A DNA stretch of 64,000 nucleotides from an uncultured Polaribacter sp. (GTDB lineage Bacteria > Bacteroidota > Bacteroidia > Flavobacteriales > Flavobacteriaceae): contig CALKEB010000001.1 in NCBI GenBank assembly GCA_938084845.1, positions 14,948 through 78,947 on the forward strand, read 5' to 3'. How positions within the stretch are numbered: position 1 is the first letter of the stretch; the number at the start of each line of letters is the position of its first letter. Both the position numbers and the translations under genes were made by a program. Shown in pieces: positions 1 to 8,746 of this stretch. The notes under the pieces were generated by a model. That model made no database searches, was not told where the DNA came from, and saw only the letters and a program-made list of their open reading frames with translations.

Positions 1-448
1 GTCCAATAATATCTGTCTGAATATAGGTGCGGTTTGCATCACAAAATTCAGCCAGTTTTAGGGTGAAGGGAGCATCTAAAAAAGAGAGAGAAAAATAAAG
101 CGGAGTATTGCCAGGAAATCCTTTTAAGACCTCTTTTGGGTTAAAGGGTTTAGCTGCTTTAAATTGAATGCTGGTTGCGCCTCTTTCTAAAGCATCTTTG
201 GCTAAAGTATTCGCAATTTTTTCATCATCTATAAAAATAGTTTGACCAATTAGGTAGCCCTTTTTAGGAACATTAATTTTTAGATTTGTACGGTCTTCTT
301 TGGTGTAAAATGGTTTTATTGCGATTCCTTCGTTGGTCTTGGATACCAAAGCTTCATTATAATCTACGCCTTTTAAGTCTACTTGAATTTTTTGTTTCCA
401 AGTAGCCACAGATATCGGTTCAAATTCATCAAACAAAAATTTAGTCAT
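1..448 (-). CDS. methylmalonyl-CoA mutase small/beta subunit-like protein (N-terminal part; runs off window)
   Basis: Manual translation from ATG at 448: MTKFLFDEFEPISVATWKQKIQVDLKGVDYNEALVSKTNEGIAIKPFY..., open to position 1; resembles the N-terminus of Bacteroidetes mutase beta subunits; overlaps upstream stop by 8 nt. Confidence 0.75.
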   Translation of the reverse strand, partial: MTKFLFDEFEPISVATWKQKIQVDLKGVDYNEALVSKTNEGIAIKPFYTKEDRTNLKINVPKKGYLIGQTIFIDDEKIANTLAKDALERGATSIQFKAAKPFNPKEVLKGFPGNTPLYFSLSFLDAPFTLKLAEFCDANRTYIQTDIIG

Positions 449-767
449 TCTTTTTTAGCGTATCAAATTCAATAATATAAATTTCTTCATTTTCCTTTTT
501 CATCAAGTACTTTTCTCTTGCAAAACGTTCTAATTCTAATGAATCTTGAAGCTTTTTTATGGTTGCTTTGTCTTTTGCTATTTTATCTTTGTAAAAAGAT
601 ATGGTACTTTCTAAGTCTTTAATTTCTTTGTTAAATTCACGGTGAATTAAATAAGAATTCTCATCAAAAAAAAGCATCCACACTAGAAATGGAATGACAA
701 TAATTACATAAATATTCGTAAAAAATTTAAAGTAACGATTGTTTTTTATTTTCTGAAATCTATTCAT
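441..767 (-). CDS. FtsB/DivIC-family septum formation initiator
   Basis: One TM helix (WMLFFD), coiled coil, LERFAREKYLMKKENE motif. Confidence 0.85.
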   Translation of the reverse strand: MNRFQKIKNNRYFKFFTNIYVIIVIPFLVWMLFFDENSYLIHREFNKEIKDLESTISFYKDKIAKDKATIKKLQDSLELERFAREKYLMKKENEEIYIIEFDTLKKND

Positions 768-1373
768 TTATAAGCGCTCATTAATTACACTTCTAACAAT
801 ATCTATTGCTACGTTATTGTACCGGTCATTAGGTATAATAATGTCTGCATGATTCTTTGTAGGTTCTATAAATTGCTGATGCATTGGTTTTAAAGTATTT
901 TGATAACGCTCTAAAACTTCGTCGATATCTCTACCTCTGTCGGTGATGTCTCTTCGAACTCTACGAATCAATCGTTCGTCTGTTTCTGCATGCACAAAGA
1001 TTTTTATATCGAACAGATCACGCAATTCTTCACTGTTAAAAATTAAAATTCCCTCTACAATAACCACTTTTCTAGGGTGCATTTTAATACTGTCTTTTGT
1101 TCTGTTATGCGCTACAAAAGAATACATGGGTTGTTGTATTGTTTTTCCTTTTTTTAATGCTTTAAGGTGTTTAATTAACAAGTCGAAATCAATTGCTCTT
1201 GGATGGTCAAAATTAATTTTTGTACGTTCTTCATACGACAAATTATCTGTTGCTTTATAGTATGAATCTTGTGAAATGACACAAACTTCGTCTAGAGGCA
1301 GCTGTTTTATAATCTTATCTACAACGGTTGTTTTTCCACTACCTGTTCCGCCAGCAATTCCAATAATTAGCAT
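768..1373 (-). CDS. udk: uridine kinase
   Basis: GIAGGTGSGKTT P-loop, QDSYY, NFDHP, VEGIL, RDITDRGR motifs. Confidence 0.95.
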   Translation of the reverse strand: MLIIGIAGGTGSGKTTVVDKIIKQLPLDEVCVISQDSYYKATDNLSYEERTKINFDHPRAIDFDLLIKHLKALKKGKTIQQPMYSFVAHNRTKDSIKMHPRKVVIVEGILIFNSEELRDLFDIKIFVHAETDERLIRRVRRDITDRGRDIDEVLERYQNTLKPMHQQFIEPTKNHADIIIPNDRYNNVAIDIVRSVINERL

Positions 1374-1418
1374 AAATTTAATTCCTTTGTTGAATTCTTT
1401 ACGAAAGTAGTAAAGATT

Positions 1419-2729
1419 TTACAAATTCATAAAATTATTAATCTTAATATCTTGTGCTTTTAAATCGAACATTAAATTGTACAGTCCAAAAAAGGTTCTG
1501 TTCATATAGATAAAGTGTTTAGAACCTCTACTTGCATCGTACGATCGTAGTTCTACATTTTTAGAATACCGTTCTCCAAATTCAGAAATTTTACCAAAGA
1601 AAACAGGATCAGAAAAATCAAAAACCTCTTCATGAAAAGGTTGCGTAAAGATGGACAACATTTCGTGAAACATAGCATTAAAAAAGTCGAACTCTTCTTT
1701 GCTATCCTCTTTTCTTAAAATATCTAGCTCAAACATTTTCTCCTCAAAAAGTGCTCTGTTTGCCAGAGTTTCCTTTCTTGCTAAGATAAAATAAGGGGTA
1801 TAAAAATCTAAAGGTATAATTTTCATACAGCCAAAGTCGAGTGCGATTAACGCCCCTTCTTCAGATACTAAAAAATTCCCAGGGTGAGGATCTGCATGTA
1901 CTTTTTTTAGTTTATGAATCTGAAACATGTAAAAATCCCAAAGAGCTTGACCAATTGCATTCCCTTTTTCTTGGTTAGTATTTATGGCTGTAAATTCAGA
2001 CAAATGAACACCCTGCATCCAATCCATTGTAATGATTTGTTTGGAAGATAATTCAGGATAATATTTAGGGAAAGCCAAGTTTGGAATATGGCTACAGTTG
2101 TCTACAATTTCTTGACTTTGTTGTACCTCTAAAAAATAATCGGTTTCTTCTAAAAGTTTGTCTTGCACCTCAAAAAAATATTCATCCGAGGTTTTACCTT
2201 TCATGTTAAACATTCTAATCACAAAAGGTTTTAACAAGGCTAAATCCGACTTGATGCTATCCGAAACGCCAGGATATTGAATTTTTACAGCCAAGTCTTT
2301 GCCTTCTCTTTTGGCCTTGTGTACTTGACCGATACTTGCAGCATTGTATGCTTTCACATCAAATTCATCATAAATTTCAGAAGGAAATTTACCAAAACTT
2401 TTTTTAAATGTTTTTAAAACAAGTGCTTCAGACAATGGAGGAACAGAAAACTGAGCCAAAGAAAATTTTTCTACATAAGCCCTAGGTAAGATGCTTTTTT
2501 CCATACTTAACATCTGCGCAACTTTTAAAGGACTTCCCTTTAAGTCTTTTAAACTATCGTAGATGTCTTCGGCATTGTTTTTATTAAGTTGCTCTCTAGC
2601 ATCCTCTTCGTTTTTGGTAATTTTATCACCATAATATTTTAAATAATTCACGCCAACTTTTGCACCTGTTTTTACAAGTTTAGAGGCTCTTTGAATTTTT
2701 GTAATCGGAATTTTATTCGCTTTTTTCAT
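1419..2729 (-). CDS. ABC1/AarF/UbiB-family atypical kinase
   Basis: LKVAQ (KxGQ-like), AASIGQVH, AVKIQYPG, HADPHPGN, LDFG motifs. Confidence 0.92.
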   Translation of the reverse strand: MKKANKIPITKIQRASKLVKTGAKVGVNYLKYYGDKITKNEEDAREQLNKNNAEDIYDSLKDLKGSPLKVAQMLSMEKSILPRAYVEKFSLAQFSVPPLSEALVLKTFKKSFGKFPSEIYDEFDVKAYNAASIGQVHKAKREGKDLAVKIQYPGVSDSIKSDLALLKPFVIRMFNMKGKTSDEYFFEVQDKLLEETDYFLEVQQSQEIVDNCSHIPNLAFPKYYPELSSKQIITMDWMQGVHLSEFTAINTNQEKGNAIGQALWDFYMFQIHKLKKVHADPHPGNFLVSEEGALIALDFGCMKIIPLDFYTPYFILARKETLANRALFEEKMFELDILRKEDSKEEFDFFNAMFHEMLSIFTQPFHEEVFDFSDPVFFGKISEFGERYSKNVELRSYDASRGSKHFIYMNRTFFGLYNLMFDLKAQDIKINNFMNL

Positions 2730-2732
2730 ACT

Positions 2733-3395
2733 TTAATCCGTATTTTTTTGAAATCGTTCATTGTATACAAACTTTCCTAAATCAAGTACGTTTTTTAGGA
2801 ACTTATTTTCCAATAGATCAAAGCTAGTGGTTATGGATTTTTCGATAAAAATATCAGTTTTTTCAAAGGATTCAGAGGTGTCTTGTAGCCAGAATTGTAA
2901 GGTAACAAGTAGTTGTATCCATGCAGATTGTTTCACCACATTTTTCTGCACTTTTTCTAATCCTTCAATAGGTAAAATACTTTCAGACAGGTGTAAATCT
3001 GCGATAAAGCGCTTAAAGTTCTTTTCTAAACCTGAAAGTGTTTTATAAGACTGCAGTTTATTTTTACACCCTTTTAAAACAATTTGAATATAGTCTTTGT
3101 TTAAGGTTAGGTTTTCAAAAAAAGTAAAGTAGAGGCTAATTAATTTGTTTTTTTTATCAAAAGAACCAAATTCTTCACTTTCATGTAAAACGGCTAATGA
3201 ATTTTTAAAAAGTGCTGTAAATATTGTTTTTTCAACTTTTTCTAAAGACTTAAAATGATGGTAAAAATTTTCTGTTTCTAAATCGGTCTGTTTGCAGAAA
3301 CTTCTTATACTTTTTGGTCTCTTTTTCTTTTTTGAAACCAACTCCATATAGTGCGTTATAATGTCTTCTTTTGAAATATAAATTTTGTTTTCCAT
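2733..3395 (-). CDS. TetR-like regulator (Bacteroidetes type)
   Basis: N-terminal HTH-like FYHHFKSLEKVE and C-terminal FWLQDTSESFEKTDIFIEK. Start moved to ATG 3395 because the ORF-track start at 3416 lies inside the -7 promoter element. Confidence 0.7.
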   Translation of the reverse strand: MENKIYISKEDIITHYMELVSKKKKRPKSIRSFCKQTDLETENFYHHFKSLEKVEKTIFTALFKNSLAVLHESEEFGSFDKKNKLISLYFTFFENLTLNKDYIQIVLKGCKNKLQSYKTLSGLEKNFKRFIADLHLSESILPIEGLEKVQKNVVKQSAWIQLLVTLQFWLQDTSESFEKTDIFIEKSITTSFDLLENKFLKNVLDLGKFVYNERFQKNTD

Positions 3396-3421
3396 TTTCC
3401 TTAAAACTTTAAACAAAAATA
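3386..3421 (-). promoter_or_regulatory. -7 promoter element (TATTTTTG, 3414-3421) overlapped by degenerate operator TGTTTtc-N16-TTAAACA (3386-3415)
   Basis: Bacteroidetes TAnnTTTG consensus; same spacing as the palindromes at 10486 and 17083. Confidence 0.5.
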
Positions 3422-3465
3422 CGAAACCTTTGGTCTAAAAAAGAAGAAGTAGTGCTATAAAAAAC

Positions 3466-3498
3466 AAAAAACCAAGTTAAATTTTCACTTGGTTTTTT
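3466..3498 (-). terminator. intrinsic terminator
   Basis: AAAAAACCAAGT-N9-ACTTGGTTTTTT hairpin downstream of 3643..4347. Confidence 0.7.
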
Positions 3499-3642
3499 TA
3501 AGGTACTATTTTTATGTTTTTATATCTTTATTTGTTCGATTTTAGTTTACTTTTTTCCCCAAATTAGCGGTGAACGAATACTAATTGATGCACTTTTTTT
3601 ATAGAGGTATTGTGCAGGCAATTAAAAACAATTTTGATTTTT

Positions 3643-4347
3643 TTAGCGATCTGTAGCATCCTTTAACGCTAGTTTTGCTTGGGTTTTCCAACCAGATAGG
3701 TCAAATCTATTTGGGTTTATTTTACCTTTAACCAACAATTCTTTTAGGTCTTTTAGGGGCATTTCTGCAATTTGTGCATACGTGCTAACGCCTAATTTGT
3801 TCAAAGACTTTTCTAAAACAGGGCCAATCCCTTTAAGAATTTTTAAATCATCTTTAACTGTTGTAGCCTCTGCCTTCGTATTATCTTTTTTGCTATTTGT
3901 TTTTGTTTCTTTTTTTTTAGCTGACGTCTCTTTTTGCGTTGCCTTTTTTTTACTTTTTTGCTTCTTATGTTTAGCTTCAGCGATTTTGTTTTTGATTTTA
4001 TACTTTATTTCTTCTGCTTTATCTGCAATAGGATTTTCTGTGATCGCTTTTTTAAGGTCTTCTAATGTTTCAGATTCATTAGTTAACTCTTTTAAATGTG
4101 CATTGGTTTTTTTAAAATGTTTTTGCACCATTTTAGCAGTTTCTTTCGCAAATGCTACTTGCTCTTCTTGTAATGGTTTTGTTTTTTTAGCAATTTTTTT
4201 TGCTAGCTTTTTCCACTTGTTTTTTTTGTTGCCCTTTTTTTCTAAAGCGGCAAAGTTGGCATCAATAAAGTCGTTATTGATTCTTTTTAAAATTGCTTTT
4301 GTTTTCTCTATTTTTTTCGCTCTCTTGTTCTTTTTTTTTTCAGCCAT
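3643..4347 (-). CDS. Lys-rich protein with C-terminal helix-hairpin-helix domain
   Basis: DDLKILKGIGPVLEKSLNKLGVSTYAQIA HhH motif; very basic low-complexity N-terminus. Confidence 0.75.
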   Translation of the reverse strand: MAEKKKNKRAKKIEKTKAILKRINNDFIDANFAALEKKGNKKNKWKKLAKKIAKKTKPLQEEQVAFAKETAKMVQKHFKKTNAHLKELTNESETLEDLKKAITENPIADKAEEIKYKIKNKIAEAKHKKQKSKKKATQKETSAKKKETKTNSKKDNTKAEATTVKDDLKILKGIGPVLEKSLNKLGVSTYAQIAEMPLKDLKELLVKGKINPNRFDLSGWKTQAKLALKDATDR

Positions 4348-4399
4348 ATTCTTTTTTTTTTAGAATGATAAAATTTAGGTGTTATTTAAAAGTATGTAG

Positions 4400-5704
4400 T
4401 TAACTTACAGCCTCTTTGTAAACATCTAAACATCTTGCTCTTGCTTCTTTGTGGTCTACCATTTCTTTAGGATAAGTGAGTTCGTCAAAATCTTTAACCC
4501 ACGTTCTAATATAGTGTAAATCTTTATCAAATTTTTTGATTTGAGTTGTAGGATTAAAAATTCTAAAGTAAGGAGATGCATCTACGCCAGAGCCAGCAAC
4601 CCATTGCCAATTGCCCACATTACTTGCCATTTCATAATCGTGTAACTTTTCTGCAAAATAAGCTTCTCCCCATCGCCAATCTATTAATAAATGTTTGCAT
4701 AAAAAACTACCCACAAGCATTCTAATTCGGTTGTGCATAAATCCAGTTTCGTTCAACTGACGCATGCCTGCATCGACCAAAGGATACCCTGTTTCTCCCT
4801 TACACCAAAGTGTAAACTCTTCCTCATTATTACGCCATTCTATTCGATCGTATTTTTCTTTAAAAGCTCGTTTATTCGTGTGTGGAAAATGCCACAATAT
4901 TTGCATAAAGAACTCTCTCCAAATTAACTCTTGCCAAAAAGTTTCATTGGCATCTGCAATGGCCTTTTTCACCATTTTTCTTATGCTTACTGTTCCAAAT
5001 CTTAAATGAGGCCCTAAGCGAGAGGTTGCATCTTGTGCTGGGTAATTTCTAGTTTCTTCGTATTCTTTAATTAATGTTGAAGAAACCGTATAGTTTTTAA
5101 CCGATTGCGTTGGTTTCTTAAAACCAATATCCGAAAGCGATACATTCGGGTAGGGGTTGTCTTTTGCTATATTGTGTAACAATTGCGCTGAATCAAATTC
5201 TTTGAATTCCTGTTTTCTAAACGTTTCTTTCCATAACCTCATATACGGGGTGTATACTTTATAGGGTTGCCCGTCTTTTTTTAGAATTTCATCTTTTTCG
5301 AAAATAACGTGGTCTTTGTAGGTTTTAAAGGCAATGTTGTTTTCTTTTAGAATTGCTGCAATTTGTGCATCTCGTTCTCTTGCATAAGGTTCGTAATCAT
5401 GATTTGTAAAAACGGCCTCAACATTATACTTTAAGACTAACTGTTTAAAAACGTTTGAAGGAGTATCATTAAATAAGGCAATACTAGCCCCAAAATTAGC
5501 CTCTAATTGTGCTTGCATTTTTTGAATAGATGCATGAATGAATGCAACTCTAGCGTCATTTTTTGGCAATTTAGAGAGTATTTCAGTATCAAAGATAAAA
5601 ATAGGGTATACCTTATTTTTTGCATTTAATGCATGGAACAATCCAACATTATCTTCCAAACGAAGATCTCTTTTAAACCAAAAAACAGCAATCTTTTCTT
5701 TCAT
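4400..5704 (-). CDS. phrB: class I-type CPD DNA photolyase
   Basis: [54 protein letters not shown]; likely start MKEK at 5704. Confidence 0.93.
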   Translation of the reverse strand: MKEKIAVFWFKRDLRLEDNVGLFHALNAKNKVYPIFIFDTEILSKLPKNDARVAFIHASIQKMQAQLEANFGASIALFNDTPSNVFKQLVLKYNVEAVFTNHDYEPYARERDAQIAAILKENNIAFKTYKDHVIFEKDEILKKDGQPYKVYTPYMRLWKETFRKQEFKEFDSAQLLHNIAKDNPYPNVSLSDIGFKKPTQSVKNYTVSSTLIKEYEETRNYPAQDATSRLGPHLRFGTVSIRKMVKKAIADANETFWQELIWREFFMQILWHFPHTNKRAFKEKYDRIEWRNNEEEFTLWCKGETGYPLVDAGMRQLNETGFMHNRIRMLVGSFLCKHLLIDWRWGEAYFAEKLHDYEMASNVGNWQWVAGSGVDASPYFRIFNPTTQIKKFDKDLHYIRTWVKDFDELTYPKEMVDHKEARARCLDVYKEAVS

Positions 5705-5705
5705 G

Positions 5706-6170
5706 TTACTTAAATTCTCCAAAAAGTTCAGTTAACTTTTCTTGTCGGTACTTAAATATTTCTTCCAATTTAGGTTGTACTAAAAAAGGGTGAACAATTT
5801 GTCCTAAAATTCCTAGCGGTACTTTATAATCTATGATGTCTTCTAAAAGGACACCACCTTCAATTTCTTTTACAAAATGTTTGTGATGCCATAAGGCATA
5901 AGGACCATACATTTGCTCATCTACAAAGTATTCTTTTTCCTCGATATGTGTAATCTCAGAAACCCATTTTGTTTTTATTCCTAATAATGGTGTTACATGG
6001 TATTGAATGATTTGACCAGTATATAAAGGTCTATCAATTTTTGATAAGATATCAAAAGACATGTATGCAGGCGTAATTGTTTTTAGATTTTTAGGATCTG
6101 ACAAAAATTGCCACGCTTTGTCTAGGCTTATGGGTAATTTTTGTGATTTATGAAGTGTGTATATTTTCAT
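5706..6170 (-). CDS. SRPBCC/START-fold protein
   Basis: WQFLSDPKNLKTITP, FVDEQMYGPYALWHHKH, IFKYR motifs. Confidence 0.85.
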   Translation of the reverse strand: MKIYTLHKSQKLPISLDKAWQFLSDPKNLKTITPAYMSFDILSKIDRPLYTGQIIQYHVTPLLGIKTKWVSEITHIEEKEYFVDEQMYGPYALWHHKHFVKEIEGGVLLEDIIDYKVPLGILGQIVHPFLVQPKLEEIFKYRQEKLTELFGEFK

Positions 6171-6171
6171 C

Positions 6172-6960
6172 TTATAGTGAGTGACTAACTGTTTTACTTT
6201 CGAGTATTAAGGTATTAATCGTATCCCACAATTGAATTCTTTTTTCTAAAGATGCTTTTGCAGTAGCCAACGTTTCTTCCCATTTTAAGCTGTCGTTTCC
6301 ACACAACTCGTTAATAAGTTGAAGAGAAATAGGGCCATGTTCTTCGCCATCTAATTCGATGTGGCGCTCTAGGTAGTATTTTAATTTATACGTTGATTTC
6401 TTTTGAGTGCTATTTTCTTTGATAATGCTTAAAAACATATCTGGAATAATATCTTCTCTACCAAAGGTAAAAGCAGCTGCAATTTCATGCGGTTTATTTG
6501 CTTCGATGATAGAAAATGTAAACTGTATAAAATCGGTAATATTTTGTGCAAGATTTACTTTTTCTGAAGCTACCTTTACTGAATTTCCTGCATGAATAAA
6601 TGATAAAAACTGATGGATTTGGGTCGTATTAGCATGTATTGCAGTCATGGCGTCTACATACATTTCAAAATGACTTTTTGGTTCGCCTAACTCGTTAACA
6701 TCCGTTTCTTCACACAGTACAATTTCGTTGATAAATTTAGCTAAGTTTGGATGCTTTGCTGGGGTCCACGGAACCTGAGTGTTTGTAAGTTTGTTTTGAA
6801 GGCTTTTTAAGAGAGACATAAAATCCCAAACCGCAAATACATGATTTTCCATGAATAGCTTTATATCTTCTATTTCTTGAAGATTTTTATAAAGCGCATG
6901 GTTTTTAAGTTGACTTCTTAAACCGCTTAATTCGTTTTCTATAAATTGTATGTTCTTCAT
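6172..6960 (-). CDS. DUF3050 heme-oxygenase-like helical protein
   Basis: HVFAVWDFMSLLK, INEIVLCEETD, SHFEMY, FTFGRED, YLERHIELDGEEHG. Confidence 0.85.
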   Translation of the reverse strand: MKNIQFIENELSGLRSQLKNHALYKNLQEIEDIKLFMENHVFAVWDFMSLLKSLQNKLTNTQVPWTPAKHPNLAKFINEIVLCEETDVNELGEPKSHFEMYVDAMTAIHANTTQIHQFLSFIHAGNSVKVASEKVNLAQNITDFIQFTFSIIEANKPHEIAAAFTFGREDIIPDMFLSIIKENSTQKKSTYKLKYYLERHIELDGEEHGPISLQLINELCGNDSLKWEETLATAKASLEKRIQLWDTINTLILESKTVSHSL

Positions 6961-7112
6961 TGTGGAGGTAAAAGTTAGAACCTAGCAAATTGAGTTTTTT
7001 TCTTTTTAATTTTTAAAGTGTTGGTGTTTTATTTGCTATTTTTAATTTTTTGCAAAATTAATACATAAACCCTTAGCACCATTTAAAAGTTAAATAAAAT
7101 AGTAATTCTTTT

Positions 7113-7280
7113 TTACTTTTGTAAGGCTTCGATTTTCTTTAAAACAGCATCTGCTTCCAAATACTTTTGGTCGCTATCGCTTCTATTAATGGATTGCAAT
7201 TTATAGGCGTCTTCCATTAGTTTTTTATACTTGTCTTGAAGTTTATCTTCTTCAGTTTTTTTCTTGAATAAACCAAACAT
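7113..7280 (-). CDS. Lacal_2735-family small protein (55 aa, missing from ORF track)
   Basis: Manual translation MFGLFKKKTEEDKLQDKYKKLMEDAYKLQSINRSDSDQKYLEADAVLKKIEALQK; starts 2 nt after the gpx stop. Confidence 0.85.
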   Translation of the reverse strand: MFGLFKKKTEEDKLQDKYKKLMEDAYKLQSINRSDSDQKYLEADAVLKKIEALQK

Positions 7281-7282
7281 AC

Positions 7283-7756
7283 TTATACAATGTGTTTTGT
7301 GATTTTATTACTTAATGGTTTTGTGATAGATAGGTAATAATCGATTAGTTTTCCTTCTGGATTTACCAAGTATTTTTGAAAATTCCATTTTACAGAAGAG
7401 TTTTTCTTACCATTGAGGTCTTTAGAGGTTAGCCATTGGTAAAGAGGGTGTTGTGCTGCCCCTTTTACATTCACTTTTTCTGTAATAAGAAAGCTTACTC
7501 CATAGTTTACTTGGCAAAATTCTTCAATTTCACTAGAGGTACCTGGTTCTTGACTCCCAAATTGATTGCAAGGAACACCAATAACTACAAGTTTTTCTTT
7601 GTAATCTTGATGTAGTTTTTCTAGCTCTTTGTATTGTGGTGTAAATCCGCATTTAGAAGCCACGTTTACAAAAAATAGGTATTTATCTTTATAATCACTG
7701 AGTTGGATTGGTTTACCTTGTAAACTATCAATCTTAATATCGTAGAGCGTTGTCAT
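7283..7756 (-). CDS. glutathione peroxidase family protein (Cys type)
   Basis: VNVASKCGFT, PCNQFGSQEP, KWNFQKYL. Confidence 0.93.
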   Translation of the reverse strand: MTTLYDIKIDSLQGKPIQLSDYKDKYLFFVNVASKCGFTPQYKELEKLHQDYKEKLVVIGVPCNQFGSQEPGTSSEIEEFCQVNYGVSFLITEKVNVKGAAQHPLYQWLTSKDLNGKKNSSVKWNFQKYLVNPEGKLIDYYLSITKPLSNKITKHIV

Positions 7757-7768
7757 TGGTCTAAAAAT

Positions 7769-8452
7769 TTATATTTTGAAACTTACAATTCCACAATCTA
7801 GCTCAAAAATTTGACCAGAAATGGAAGTTGCTTTGTCTGAGATTAAGAAAGAAGCTAGGTCTGCTACTTCATTGGGTTGCAAATATTTTTTTAATGGATG
7901 ACGTTCTGTAATGTTTTCAATCATCCTTTCATTTCGTAAGAGTTTTGCTGCCAAATCTGTGTTGGTTACTGTAGGTGCAATTGCATTAACACGAATTAAT
8001 GGGGCAAATTCTGCACCCAAAGATTTTGCGAGTCCTTCTACTGCTGCTTTTGCTGCAGCAACACTTGCATGAAAAGGCATCCCTAGTTTAGCAGCAACTG
8101 TACTAAATAATAAAATACTTGGGTTGCTTCCATTCTTTAAGGCAGGTAAAAAATGTTGAATGGTTTTTACTGCACCAATTACGTTTATTTCGAAGTCATT
8201 TCTAAAGTCGTCTAGTTTTAACCTAGAAATTGGTTTTAAATTTATACTTCCTGGGCAGTATATGAGTGCATCTACAGCAGGTATATCTGGTAAATCATCT
8301 GCAAGCACATCTAAAGAGTGATGAACTAAGTTATTGCGTTGTTGTTCTGGTGCTGTTCTACTAATATTATACACCTTATTATTTTCTAGTAAGGCATTTA
8401 CAATTGCTTTTCCAATTCCTTTACTACCTCCAATAACTATTATGTTTTTCAT
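7769..8452 (-). CDS. short-chain dehydrogenase/reductase, atypical active site
   Basis: GGSKGIG, IRVNAIAP, ISGQ; YxxxK replaced by VAAAK. Confidence 0.88.
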   Translation of the reverse strand: MKNIIVIGGSKGIGKAIVNALLENNKVYNISRTAPEQQRNNLVHHSLDVLADDLPDIPAVDALIYCPGSINLKPISRLKLDDFRNDFEINVIGAVKTIQHFLPALKNGSNPSILLFSTVAAKLGMPFHASVAAAKAAVEGLAKSLGAEFAPLIRVNAIAPTVTNTDLAAKLLRNERMIENITERHPLKKYLQPNEVADLASFLISDKATSISGQIFELDCGIVSFKI

Positions 8453-8455
8453 CTT

Positions 8456-8671
8456 TTATCGTCTTCCTTTCAAGCGCTTTTCAATTTTTTGTTTTACAGC
8501 TGTAAGGCGCTTCATTTGATCCATTAATTCTGGATCTTTACTTTGTTTATATACTTCGTTTAATTCTAAAATAAGGGCTTTAACCTCTCTAGAGGCTAAA
8601 ATTCTATCACTTGTTGTTTTAAACGAAAATTTTCTATTTTCGAATTCCGTAGCTCTTTCTAATAACTCCAT
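8456..8671 (-). CDS. small helical hypothetical protein, paralog B (71 aa)
   Basis: 51/71 identical to 8747..8974 by manual alignment; tight operon packing. Confidence 0.85.
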   Translation of the reverse strand: MELLERATEFENRKFSFKTTSDRILASREVKALILELNEVYKQSKDPELMDQMKRLTAVKQKIEKRLKGRR

Positions 8672-8672
8672 T

Positions 8673-8740
8673 ATGTATTTTTGGTAATTTTCTAAAATGG
8701 CAATATAATTATATTTGTTAGAAAATCAAGTAAAATACAT
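8673..8740. repeat. long imperfect inverted repeat filling the inter-paralog spacer
   Basis: ATGTATTTT..ATTTTCTAA..AATATA-AT-TATATT..TTAGAAAAT..AAAATACAT nested arms. Confidence 0.65.
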
Positions 8741-8746
8741 GTTTTA

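Noticed and set aside
1404-1411. AAAGTAGT repeated at the tRNA 3' flank (17676-17683) as a possible att pair bounding the light cluster
   Set aside because: An 8-bp AT-rich match is expected by chance, and it overlaps the probable udk -7 element
3782-4363. 193-aa Phe-rich plus-strand ORF
   Set aside because: Antisense shadow of the Lys-rich HhH gene (AAA codons read as TTT)
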